Below are positions 18,320 to 26,784 of a stretch of DNA of 64,000 bases, piece after piece. The translations under genes were made by a program, and so were the position numbers. The notes below the pieces were generated by a model, which did no database searches, had not been told where the DNA came from, and worked only from the letters and a program-made list of their open reading frames with translations. The stretch spans positions 1 through 64,000 of the forward strand of contig JAVKHQ010000016.1 in the NCBI GenBank assembly GCA_031459875.1. The letters run 5' to 3'. Origin of the DNA: Candidatus Fervidifonticultor sextus (GTDB taxonomy: Bacteria; Sysuimicrobiota; Sysuimicrobiia; Sysuimicrobiales; Humicultoraceae). How positions within the stretch are numbered: the first letter of the stretch is position 1; the number at the start of each line of letters is the position of its first letter.

Positions 18320-18394
18320 TGGTGGAGCAGAGGGGAATTGAACCCCCGACCTCCCGCACGCCAAGCGGGCGCTCTCCCGCTGAGCTACTGCCCC
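18320..18394 (-). tRNA. tRNA-Ala (anticodon GGC), CCA encoded
   Basis: GGGGCAG TA GCTC AGCGGGA GAGC G CCCGC TTGGCGT GCGGG AGGTC GGGGG TTCAATT CCCCT CTGCTCC ACCA; full cloverleaf with G3.U70 Ala identity pair. Confidence 0.96.
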
Positions 18395-18598
18395 ATGGCA
18401 CCTGTCCGCTTCAGGCCCGTATCGTGGACGGACGGTGGAGGCTAGGGGACCGGACCCCGTCGTCTCCACGGCTCCCGGGCGAGTTCGGCGATCCCGCCGG
18501 TCGGTTCGCACCGTCCCCGACTCGCTCGGCGGCAGGAGGTCCGCCTACTGCTCCCGATCATCGCCATCCTGCGATGGACCGTCGGGCCCATCACCACG

Positions 18599-18626
18599 AT
18601 TATACGCGCGCCCGAGGGGGCGTCAA
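18599..18626 (-). promoter_or_regulatory. Sigma70 promoter TTGACG-N16-TATAAT driving T-box/tRNA-Ala/ilvE/leuS
   Basis: Near-consensus hexamers about 35 nt upstream of Stem I. Confidence 0.8.
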
Positions 18627-18628
18627 CC

Positions 18629-19114
18629 TCACAGCTTGTAGCCGAAGCGCCGTAGCAGGTCCTTGCGCCAGGCCACCTCGGCCTCGTCCTCGACGCCCAG
18701 CGGCACCCAGCCGTCCAGCACGCCCAGGATCCCCCGCTGGTCGGCCTCTTCGGCCACCACCACCTTCAGGGGATTGGCCGTGGCCGCGAAGATCCTGACG
18801 ACCTCCGGGCAGGCCTTCACGGCGTGGAGGACGTTGATGGGATAGAACCCTTCGCCCAGCACAATCAGGAAGCAGTGGCCGGCTCCAATCGCGAGGGCAT
18901 TCCTGACGGCCAGGTCGACCAGTGTCGCATCGGTCCCGGTCTTCCGGACAAGCCGCCTTCCGCTCGACTCGCAAAACGCCAGGCCGAACCTGATGCCGGG
19001 GACCGCGGTCACCAGGGCCTCGTGCAGGTCCTCCACCGTCTTGATGAAGTGGGACTGCCCGAGGATGATATTGAGGGCCTCAGGCTTCTCGATGGGGACG
19101 ACTGTGAGCTCCAT
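18629..19114 (-). CDS. Adenosine-specific kinase family protein (DUF355)
   Basis: NIILGQSHFIKTVEDLHEAL, FCESSG, GFYPINVL, ATANP, RGILGVLDG. Confidence 0.85.
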   Translation of the reverse strand: MELTVVPIEKPEALNIILGQSHFIKTVEDLHEALVTAVPGIRFGLAFCESSGRRLVRKTGTDATLVDLAVRNALAIGAGHCFLIVLGEGFYPINVLHAVKACPEVVRIFAATANPLKVVVAEEADQRGILGVLDGWVPLGVEDEAEVAWRKDLLRRFGYKL

Positions 19115-19154
19115 GCTCCGATTCTACGGCCAGGCCGGGGCGTCTGTGAACTCC

Positions 19155-19922
19155 ATGGGGGTTCGGGGGGGCACCATCTGGGTCCTCCTCCCCCAGCCGC
19201 TTCACCCCGCCGTCTTCGAGCGGCGGGCCAACCGGTTCGCCGCCCACCTGCGCCTCGAGGACGGCCGGCGGATCTACGCCCACCTTCCCAACTCCGGACG
19301 GATGACCGACCTGCTGGTCCCCGGTGCCCGGTGCCTGATCCATGTGGCCCCTGCCTCCGGTCGGCGGACCCGCGGCACGATGTGCCTCGTACGTCAGGGT
19401 GGCCGCTGGATCGGCCTGGATGCGCGACTCCCCAACGCGGTCTTTGAAGCGATGCTCCAGGCAGGAGGCTCGCCTCCCTTCACCCGGGTTCGTTCCTGGC
19501 GGCGCGAGATCCACTTCGACGACGCCCGCATCGATTTCGCGCTGGCGACTGCGGACGGGACGTGGCTGGTCGAGACCAAATCGTGCAACCGCGTCGAAGG
19601 CGGCGTCGCCCTCTTCCCCGACGGACCGACCGCCCGCGGCACGCGCCACCTGGAGGCGCTGACCCGCGCCGCGCGCCGGGGGATCCGGACCGCGGTGGTC
19701 TGGTTCGTCCAGCGCGCAGACGCCCGCCGGCTGCGGCCGGATGCCGACAGTGACCCGGCCTTTGCGGCCGCGGCGGCCGCCGCCGCCAGCGCCGGCGTCC
19801 GATTCTACGCTTACCTGTGCCGCCCGACCCCGCAGCGGCTCACGGTGCACAGGCTCATCCCTGTGGAGGTGCCTGCGTTCCCCTCCTCGGGACCACTCAG
19901 ACCGAGGGCGGAGGGGCCTTGA
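19155..19922 (+). CDS. sfsA: Sugar fermentation stimulation protein / DNA-RNA nuclease SfsA
   Basis: RANRF, HLPNSGRM, RIDF, VETKS, FPDGPTARGTRHL. Confidence 0.9.
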   Translation: MGVRGGTIWVLLPQPLHPAVFERRANRFAAHLRLEDGRRIYAHLPNSGRMTDLLVPGARCLIHVAPASGRRTRGTMCLVRQGGRWIGLDARLPNAVFEAMLQAGGSPPFTRVRSWRREIHFDDARIDFALATADGTWLVETKSCNRVEGGVALFPDGPTARGTRHLEALTRAARRGIRTAVVWFVQRADARRLRPDADSDPAFAAAAAAAASAGVRFYAYLCRPTPQRLTVHRLIPVEVPAFPSSGPLRPRAEGP

Positions 19923-20694
19923 ACCTGGCGGCAGCCTCCGCAGAGGGCGTCCGGGGCCTCGCGGGGACGACCGGCGCCGGGGCTCGGTGCGGCGGTCCAA
20001 ACACGAGCGCCCGCTTCAGCAACTGGATGGCGAGCGCCGGGTCCACCCCCTTAGGGCAGGCCTCGCTGCACGCTCCCGCCAGGTGGCAGCCGAAGACCCC
20101 CTGGAGGCTGTCCACCACATCGGCACGGACCCCGAAGCCGCCGTCGCGGCTGTCGGCTGCGTACCGGTAGGCCTGGGCGAGCGCCTGCGGGCCCAGAAAC
20201 TGCGGGGTGGAGGCTTCCGTGGGACAGGCCGCCAGGCAGAGGCTGCACTTGAGGCAGTAGGAGAACTGCACGTACGCCAGCATCTCCTCCGGCGTCTGGG
20301 CGTACTCGCGGCTCGGCCGCTCCTGCTCGGCGACGTCGGGCCGGATCAGGTAGGGCCGCACCGTGCGATGCTTCTCGAAGGTCCGTCCGAGGTCGCAGAC
20401 CAGGTCCTTGATCACGTCGTGGTTGGGCAGCGCTTGCAGGTCGACGACCGCTCCCAGTTCCGCCACCTGGGTGGTACACGCCAGCCGCGGCCGGCCGTTG
20501 ATCAGCATCCCGCACGACCCGCAGACGCCCATCCGGCACGAGCAGCGAAACGCCAGCGAGCCGTCCTGGTGCTCCTTGATGGCGAACAGCACATCCAGCA
20601 CCGTCATCCCGGGCAGCAGCGGGACCTGCCAGACCTGACGGCGCAAGCCGGCGTCCCGCTCGGGATTGAAGCGGGCCACCCTGACGGTTACCAT
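19897..20694 (-). CDS. sdhB: Succinate dehydrogenase/fumarate reductase iron-sulfur subunit
   Basis: SCRMGVCGSCG, CLKCSLCLAACP, CHLAGACSEACPKG. Confidence 0.95.
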   Translation of the reverse strand: MVTVRVARFNPERDAGLRRQVWQVPLLPGMTVLDVLFAIKEHQDGSLAFRCSCRMGVCGSCGMLINGRPRLACTTQVAELGAVVDLQALPNHDVIKDLVCDLGRTFEKHRTVRPYLIRPDVAEQERPSREYAQTPEEMLAYVQFSYCLKCSLCLAACPTEASTPQFLGPQALAQAYRYAADSRDGGFGVRADVVDSLQGVFGCHLAGACSEACPKGVDPALAIQLLKRALVFGPPHRAPAPVVPARPRTPSAEAAARFKAPPPSV

Positions 20695-21053
20695 GGTCTC
20701 CCAGCCAGCGCGATGACCGTCACCCCGTAGACGAAGACCAGCAGGCCGACCAGGACGACCCCGACGTCGATCGCCCTTGCGGCCCGCAGAGAGGGCCAGA
20801 CCTCACGCAGGATCCCCCGCGTCCCGTAGAGGCCGTGGTAGAGCGACAACCCCAGCAGCACCACGTAGACCCCTCGCCAGAGGGCCGCCCGATCCCTGGC
20901 CGCCACGGCGGCAAACGCCAGGACCGGCTCCGACGGCCGGCCGAGGGCCCCCAGCAGGGCCGAGTAGTGCATCAGGGCCATGTGCAGCCCCCCCACCACC
21001 AGCAGCGCCGCGGCCGCGATCAGGTGGAGCATCCAGAGGCGGGACTCCCTCAC
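20688..21053 (-). CDS. sdhD: Succinate dehydrogenase hydrophobic anchor subunit
   Basis: Three TM helices with His residues (LHMALMH, YHGLYG); operon position. Confidence 0.75.
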   Translation of the reverse strand: MRESRLWMLHLIAAAALLVVGGLHMALMHYSALLGALGRPSEPVLAFAAVAARDRAALWRGVYVVLLGLSLYHGLYGTRGILREVWPSLRAARAIDVGVVLVGLLVFVYGVTVIALAGRPW

Positions 21054-21547
21054 CGGACGATGACCTCCCACAGGCCGACGGCGACGAACACGGCGGCCAG
21101 CACCATCAGGACGGCGGCCAGCGGCCGCTGCCGATGCAGCGCGATCGGATAGGGATACACCGGATGGCCCGGCCGGCCCAGCGCGTAGCCCAGGTGCCCC
21201 GCCAGCAACCTGATCCCGTTGAGCGCGTGGAACACAAAGGCCGCGAGCACGAGGAACTCGCCGGCCACGAGCGCCGGATGCCGCAAGGTGGCCAGCGTCT
21301 GTTCCCACACCTCCGGCCCTTCCAGCCGGCGGGCGGTCACCCACACGTGGAGGGGCAGGTAGAGCACCAGTCCCAGGCCCGAGATGCGGTGCAGGATGTA
21401 CAGGTAGCGCTCGGCGGGATAGCGTCCAGCGTAGAACCATCCCCGCACCCCGAGGCGACCGTTCCACCGCCGGGGCCGCGGCGCCGGCGCGACCGGCTGG
21501 GCGGGTAGAGGCGGCTGCGGGGCGATGCGGGGGTCTGTCGGGGGCAT
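21050..21547 (-). CDS. sdhC: Succinate dehydrogenase cytochrome b subunit
   Basis: LHRISG, LPLHV, FHALNGIR. Confidence 0.88.
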   Translation of the reverse strand: MPPTDPRIAPQPPLPAQPVAPAPRPRRWNGRLGVRGWFYAGRYPAERYLYILHRISGLGLVLYLPLHVWVTARRLEGPEVWEQTLATLRHPALVAGEFLVLAAFVFHALNGIRLLAGHLGYALGRPGHPVYPYPIALHRQRPLAAVLMVLAAVFVAVGLWEVIVR

Positions 21548-23259
21548 CAATACGTCCGCTCCGCGGGTTTCCACGTGGTGATGGTGACCGGCCTGTACTC
21601 CAACTGCGGCCCGTCCTCGCCGCGGTATGCCCGTGTGTGGGCGAGGAAGTGCTCGTCGTCGCGGGCAGGGTGGTCCCGCCGCGCGTGGGCGCCCCTGGAC
21701 TCCCTGCGTGCCAGGGCACCCGCAATGACGACTTCAGCCAGGTCCAGCAGGTTCTCCAGTTCCAGGGCGGCGACCAGGTCGGTGTTGTAGACCCAGCCCC
21801 GGTCGTCGAGGCGGATGTCGGCGGCCCGCTGCTTGAGGATCCGCACTTCGTCCAGGGCCTCCCGCAGGCCGCCCTCGTCGCGGAACACGCCGACCTTCTC
21901 GTCCATGACCTGGCAAAGACGCGCGCGAATCTCGTAGTGGTTCTCAGCCCCGGAGGCCTCCAGCAGGCGCTGCAGGCGCGCCCGTTCCTCCTCGGCCTCC
22001 CGCATCGGCGCCGCCGGCATGGATCTGGCGGCGGTGGCGCAGCGCGCGGCCTCCCCCCCGGTGATGCCGCCCCAGACGAGGCACTCGGCCGTCGAGTTGG
22101 TTCCCAGGCGGTTGGCCCCGTGCAGCGACAGGCACGCCGTTTCGCCCGCGGCCCAGACGTTGGCGGCCGGGGTCTTGCCGTTGATGTCGGCGGCGATGCC
22201 GCCCATCGAGTAGTGCGCCGCGGGCCGGACCGGCAGCGGGCCGTCGATGGGGTCGATGGCGTTGAACTTGATGGCCACCTCGCGGATCAACGGCAGGCGC
22301 TCGGTGATGCGCTGGCGACCCAGGTGTGTCAGGTCGAGTTCCACGTATCCCAGGCCCCGGGGATGGACGAAGCCGCGGCCGGCTTCGATCTCGGTCATCT
22401 CAGCCCGCGCGATGATGTCGCGGGGCGCGAGTTCCATCATCTTGGGGGCGTAGCCCTCCATGAAGCGCGCCCCTTCGCGGTTGCGCAGATACCCTCCCTC
22501 ACCGCGTGCAGCCTCGGTGATGAGGATGCCGGACGGCACCAGGCCCGTGGGATGGAACTGGATGAACTCCATATCCTCCAGGGGCAGACCGGCGCGGTAG
22601 GCCATCGCCATCCCGTCTCCGGTGACCGAGTGCGAGTACGTGGTGAACCCGTACAGACGGCAGCACCCGCCGGTGGCGATGACCAGCGCCCTGGCCCGGA
22701 GCAGCGCCACCTCCCCGGTGGTCAGGCTCCACGCCACCAGCCCGGCGAATACCCCGTCGCGGAGGTGTAGCCGGGTCGCCATCCACTCCTCGTAGCGGGT
22801 GAGGCGGGAGTGGCGCAGGAGGGTGTCGTACAGCGTCTGCATCTCGAAGAACCCGGTCTTGTCGGCCGCAAAGGTGGCGCGCGGGAAGGTGTGCCCCCCG
22901 AACGCCCGCTGGTCGAGCCGGCCGTCGGCGCGCCGTGACCACGGCGTCCCCCAGTGCTCCAGTTGCAGAATCTCTCTCGGGGCGGCCTCGACGAAGCACC
23001 ACACCACGTCCTGGTCCGCCAGGAAGTCGCTGCCCTTGACCGTGTCCCACGCGTGGAGGTCTGGGCTGTCGCCTTCCTCCGGATACAGGACCGCGCCGGT
23101 CCCACCCTCGGCGCAGACCGAGTGGGCCCGCATGAGGTGTCCTTTGGAGAGGATCGCCACGTCGAGGGTTTCCTTTGAGACGCGCAGGACCTCCAGGGCC
23201 GCGCGGAGCCCGGCCAGGCCGCTCCCGAGGATCAGGACGTCGTGGGTGTAGGCGTGCAC
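21547..23259 (-). CDS. sdhA: Succinate dehydrogenase/fumarate reductase flavoprotein subunit
   Basis: GSGLAG, RAHSVCAEGG (FAD-His), QFHPTG, HYSMGGI, HGANRLGTNS, ESRGAH. Confidence 0.95.
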   Translation of the reverse strand: MHAYTHDVLILGSGLAGLRAALEVLRVSKETLDVAILSKGHLMRAHSVCAEGGTGAVLYPEEGDSPDLHAWDTVKGSDFLADQDVVWCFVEAAPREILQLEHWGTPWSRRADGRLDQRAFGGHTFPRATFAADKTGFFEMQTLYDTLLRHSRLTRYEEWMATRLHLRDGVFAGLVAWSLTTGEVALLRARALVIATGGCCRLYGFTTYSHSVTGDGMAMAYRAGLPLEDMEFIQFHPTGLVPSGILITEAARGEGGYLRNREGARFMEGYAPKMMELAPRDIIARAEMTEIEAGRGFVHPRGLGYVELDLTHLGRQRITERLPLIREVAIKFNAIDPIDGPLPVRPAAHYSMGGIAADINGKTPAANVWAAGETACLSLHGANRLGTNSTAECLVWGGITGGEAARCATAARSMPAAPMREAEEERARLQRLLEASGAENHYEIRARLCQVMDEKVGVFRDEGGLREALDEVRILKQRAADIRLDDRGWVYNTDLVAALELENLLDLAEVVIAGALARRESRGAHARRDHPARDDEHFLAHTRAYRGEDGPQLEYRPVTITTWKPAERTY

Positions 23260-23328
23260 ACCCCCACCATAGCCCCGCCCGCACGCGACGGAGAATCAAG
23301 CGGACGCCTGATTTTTCGACTCCGGTGA

Positions 23329-23844
23329 CTACGGCGTGTGGGGCTCGCCCCAGGCGCGGGGCTCCTCGGCCAGCAGCGACAGGGCGTGGGGCAGGACCGG
23401 CAGCAGCACCTCCAGCCACTCCCGCACGCCTCGGGGACTGCCCGGGAGGTTGACGATGAGCGTGCGGCCCCGGATCCCGGCCACACCCCGGGAGAGGACA
23501 GCCAGCGGCGTCGCCTCGAGGGTGCGCGACCGGGCGGCCTCCGGCAGGCCGGGCACCAGCCGCTCCACCACATCGAGGGTCGCCTCGGGCGTGACGTCGC
23601 GGGGCGCGAGCCCGCTGCCGCCGGTGGTCAGCACCAGGTCGATCCGGAGATCGTCGGCGTAGGCGCGCAGCCGCGCGGCGATCGCGGCGCGATCATCGGG
23701 CAGCACGTCCCGGGCCGCCACCTCCGCCCCTCGGGCGGTGACCAGTTCGGCGATGACCTCCCCGCTGGTGTCGTGGTGCCCTCCGCGGGCGATGCGCTCG
23801 CTGAGGGTCAGGATGGCCACGCGCCGTCCGGCCAGCGACGCCAC
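23329..23844 (-). CDS. mogA: Molybdopterin adenylyltransferase MogA/MoaB
   Basis: TTGGSGLAPRDVTPEAT, NLPGSP. Confidence 0.88.
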   Translation of the reverse strand: MASLAGRRVAILTLSERIARGGHHDTSGEVIAELVTARGAEVAARDVLPDDRAAIAARLRAYADDLRIDLVLTTGGSGLAPRDVTPEATLDVVERLVPGLPEAARSRTLEATPLAVLSRGVAGIRGRTLIVNLPGSPRGVREWLEVLLPVLPHALSLLAEEPRAWGEPHTP

Positions 23845-23847
23845 GGC

Positions 23848-24348
23848 TCAGCGGGCCTCGCCGGGCCGGCGATACGTCCCGCTGCGGCCTCCGCGCTTGT
23901 AGATCAGGCGAATCCGGTCGATGGTCATGCCCTGGTCGGCGGCCTTGCACATGTCGTAGACGGTGAGTGCGGCAACGGCGACGGCCACCAGGGCTTCCAT
24001 CTCCACTCCGGTGGGCGCGGTCGTCCGCGCGGTCGCCTCGATGGCCACCCCGCCGGCCGCCGCGTCCGGTTCGGCGCGCACCTGCACGTCAGTCAGGGCC
24101 ACGGGATGACACAGCGGGATCAACTCGGCCGTCCGCTTGGCGGCCACGACCCCGGCGACCTGCGCCACCGTGAGGACGTCGCCCTTCTTGACCTGGTTGG
24201 CGGCCACCTGCGCCAGCGTCTGGGGCTGCATGCGCACCAGGCCGCGGGCGGTCGCCACACGCACGGTGGCTGGCTTGGCGGAGACATCGACCATGCGGGC
24301 CCGCCCGGCGCGGTCGGTATGGGTGAGCGTCGTCCTCCTGCGCTTCAT
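23848..24348 (-). CDS. moaC: Cyclic pyranopterin monophosphate synthase
   Basis: MVDVSAK, KKGDVL, LIPLCHP, TGVEMEAL, YDMCKA. Confidence 0.96.
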   Translation of the reverse strand: MKRRRTTLTHTDRAGRARMVDVSAKPATVRVATARGLVRMQPQTLAQVAANQVKKGDVLTVAQVAGVVAAKRTAELIPLCHPVALTDVQVRAEPDAAAGGVAIEATARTTAPTGVEMEALVAVAVAALTVYDMCKAADQGMTIDRIRLIYKRGGRSGTYRRPGEAR

Positions 24349-25592
24349 CGAAGGAGGCGCACCTCGACCTCCTCGCCCTGCTGGAACGCTCCCCCGGGCT
24401 GGATCCGCACCACTCCGTCGGCCTGCACCAGCGAGGTCAGGATCTGGGACCCGGCCGGCAGCGGCACCGCCCAGAGTCCGTCCGGCCTGGATTCCAGCCG
24501 CACGCGCCGGTGATCCTCGCGCCCGCCGGCCCCGGGCAGCGGGGCGGCCAGCCTGGCCCGGACCAGACTCCACGGCGCCGACGCGGGGTCGAGCCCGAGC
24601 ATGCGCTCCAGCACCGGCCTGGCGAACAGGTCGAAGATCACCAGCGCGGAGACGGGATTGCCCGGCAGGCCAATCACCGGAACCACGCCGGCCAGCGCCA
24701 GCACGGTGGGCTTGCCGGGCCGCACGGCGATGCCGTGGACGATGACCCCCGGGGGACCTGCGGCCGCGATGGCTTCGACGGCGACGTCACGCTCGCCCAC
24801 CGATGAGCCGCCGGAGACCAGGACCATCTCGTGGCCTTCGAGGGCCCGCCGGATCGCGGATTCCACCGCCGACGCCTCGTCGCCGACGATGCCGCACAGG
24901 GTCGGCAGCCCGCCCGCGGCGAGCACGGCGGCCGCCAGCGCGTAGCTGTTCATGTCCCGCACCTGGCCCGGCCCCAGGACGGCGCCGGGAGGGCGGATCT
25001 CGTCGCCGGTGGCCAGGATGGCCACCCGAGGCGGCAGGACCACTTCCACGTCGGGAAACCCGAGCCCGGCCAGGACCCCCAGGTCGGCCGGCCGCAGCCG
25101 GCGGCCGCGCCGCAGCACCACCTCCCCGGCGCGCACATCTGCGCCCTGGCCGACGACGTTGTCCCCTGCCCGGACAGGGCGGCGCACCAGCACGGCAGCC
25201 CCCTCGCTGTCCGCGTCTTCCTGCATGACGACCGCGTCGGCGCCGGGCGGGAGCATACCGCCGGTGGGGACCCGGACCGCCGTCCCCGGCGCCACCGCCA
25301 CCGCGGCCGGGGCGCCCATCTGGACTTCGCCCGCCGCGTTCAACCTCGCCGGGCGATCCTCGGCCGCCGCGCTCGTGTCCGCCGCCTGAACCGCCCAGCC
25401 GTCTGCGGTCGCGCGGGGAAACGGCGGCAGGTCGACCGATGCCTCGACATCCGCGGCCAGCACGCGGCCGAGCGCTGCCTCGATGGCCACGCGCTCGGTC
25501 CCCCGCGGCCCGACCTGCAACCGCGCCTCGTACCGGGCCCAGGCCTCAGACGGTGTCAGCAGCCCCCCAAAGGCCTTGGCGGTCGCGGCCAG
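24345..25592 (-). CDS. moeA: Molybdopterin molybdotransferase (probable CTG start; first TTG at 25520)
   Basis: GRVLAAD, PPFPRATADG, TGGMLPPGADAVVMQE, TGDE, RPGKP, GLPGNP. Confidence 0.92.
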   Translation of the reverse strand: MAATAKAFGGLLTPSEAWARYEARLQVGPRGTERVAIEAALGRVLAADVEASVDLPPFPRATADGWAVQAADTSAAAEDRPARLNAAGEVQMGAPAAVAVAPGTAVRVPTGGMLPPGADAVVMQEDADSEGAAVLVRRPVRAGDNVVGQGADVRAGEVVLRRGRRLRPADLGVLAGLGFPDVEVVLPPRVAILATGDEIRPPGAVLGPGQVRDMNSYALAAAVLAAGGLPTLCGIVGDEASAVESAIRRALEGHEMVLVSGGSSVGERDVAVEAIAAAGPPGVIVHGIAVRPGKPTVLALAGVVPVIGLPGNPVSALVIFDLFARPVLERMLGLDPASAPWSLVRARLAAPLPGAGGREDHRRVRLESRPDGLWAVPLPAGSQILTSLVQADGVVRIQPGGAFQQGEEVEVRLLR

Positions 25593-25593
25593 G

Positions 25594-26784
25594 CTAGATC
25601 ACTCCCACCGCGCGGCCCGCGCGCGCGAATGCCTCGAGGGCGTCGCGGAGTTGTTCGGTGGTGTGGGCGGCGGTGACGATGGTGCGCACGCGGGCCCGGC
25701 CCCGCGGTACCGTGGGGAACGCAATGCCCAGTGCGAAGACGCCCTCCTCGAAGAGGCGGTCGGAGAGATCATAGGCCTTGCGCTCGTCACCGACGATGAC
25801 GGGCGTGATCGGGGTCTCGCTTCGTCCGGTGTCGAAGCCCAGCCGGCTCAGGCCGTCCTTGAAGACCCGGGTGTTCTCCCACAGGCGCGCGATCAACTCC
25901 GGGTGCGCCTGGACCAGGCGGACGGCGGCCAGGGCCGAGGCCGCCACCGACGGAGGGTGCGACGTCGAGAACAGCAGCGGCCGGGCTTTGTGCATCAGCA
26001 GGTCAACGAGCGCCCGGCTGCCGGCCACGTAGCCGCCCAGTCCGGCAAACGCCTTGGAGAGCGTCCCCACCTGGATGTGCACGCGGCCGTGCAGGCCGAA
26101 GTGGTCCACGGTGCCCCGGCCGTCGCGGCCCAGCACGCCGCTGGCGTGGGCATCGTCCACCATCATGATGGCGCCGAAGGCCTCCGCGGCCTCCACCAGA
26201 TCGGGCAGCGGGGCGAGGTCGCCATCCATGCTGAACACGCCGTCGGTGATCAGCAGCACCCGGCGGGCGCCCCGCGATTCGGCCAGCAGGCGGCGGGCCG
26301 CGGCGACATCCCTGTGGGGGAAGATCTTCTTCTCGGCCCCGGACAGCCGGCAGCCGTCGATGATGCTGGCGTGGTTCAGCTCGTCGCTGACCACCACGTC
26401 TTCCCGGCCCAGCAGCGCGGCCACCGTGCCGGCGTTGGCCGCAAACCCCGACTGGAAGAGCAGGGCGGCCTCGGTCTGCTTGTACGCCGCGAGTTCGGTC
26501 TCCAGCTGCTGGTGGATCGCCATGTTCCCGGCGATGGTCCGCACCGCGCCCGAGCCCACGCCGTATGTGGCCACGGCCTCCAGGGCAGCCGCCTTCAGGG
26601 CCGGGTGGGTCGCCAGGCCCAGGTAGTTGTTGGAACAGAGGTTGATGACCTCTCGGCCGTCGTAGCGCGCCACCGGCTCCTGGGGGCCCTCCAGCAGCCG
26701 CGGCCAGCGCCACAGCCCCCTGGCGCGCAGGTCGCGCAGTTCATCCTCGACAAACCCCAGGGGCGAACGCGTCTCAAGGCTCAA
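25594..26784 (-). CDS. kbl: Glycine C-acetyltransferase (2-amino-3-ketobutyrate CoA ligase)
   Basis: NLCSNNYLGLA, LNHASIIDG, DGVFSMDGD, DDAH, GTLSKA; adjacent to tdh. Confidence 0.9.
   Translation of the reverse strand: MSLETRSPLGFVEDELRDLRARGLWRWPRLLEGPQEPVARYDGREVINLCSNNYLGLATHPALKAAALEAVATYGVGSGAVRTIAGNMAIHQQLETELAAYKQTEAALLFQSGFAANAGTVAALLGREDVVVSDELNHASIIDGCRLSGAEKKIFPHRDVAAARRLLAESRGARRVLLITDGVFSMDGDLAPLPDLVEAAEAFGAIMMVDDAHASGVLGRDGRGTVDHFGLHGRVHIQVGTLSKAFAGLGGYVAGSRALVDLLMHKARPLLFSTSHPPSVAASALAAVRLVQAHPELIARLWENTRVFKDGLSRLGFDTGRSETPITPVIVGDERKAYDLSDRLFEEGVFALGIAFPTVPRGRARVRTIVTAAHTTEQLRDALEAFARAGRAVGVI

Larger units (their letters stand above)
18253..18564 (-). ncRNA. T-box riboswitch, leucine specifier (CUC), leader of ilvE-leuS
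   Basis: Stem I start GCGATGATCGGGAGCAGTAG, GAGCGAG and GGTGCGA distal motifs, specifier GAA-CTC-G (18481-18483), Stem II 18435-18469, T-box AACCGGGG-TGGTACC-GCGG with both antiterminator helices. Confidence 0.92.

Noticed and set aside
18320..18394. tRNA as an integration site or island boundary
   Set aside because: No integrase, no duplicated tRNA 3' end seen, and the flanking genes are housekeeping
19155..19922. SfsA or MazG as anti-phage defence genes
   Set aside because: Both are solitary in housekeeping contexts with no defence-island partners
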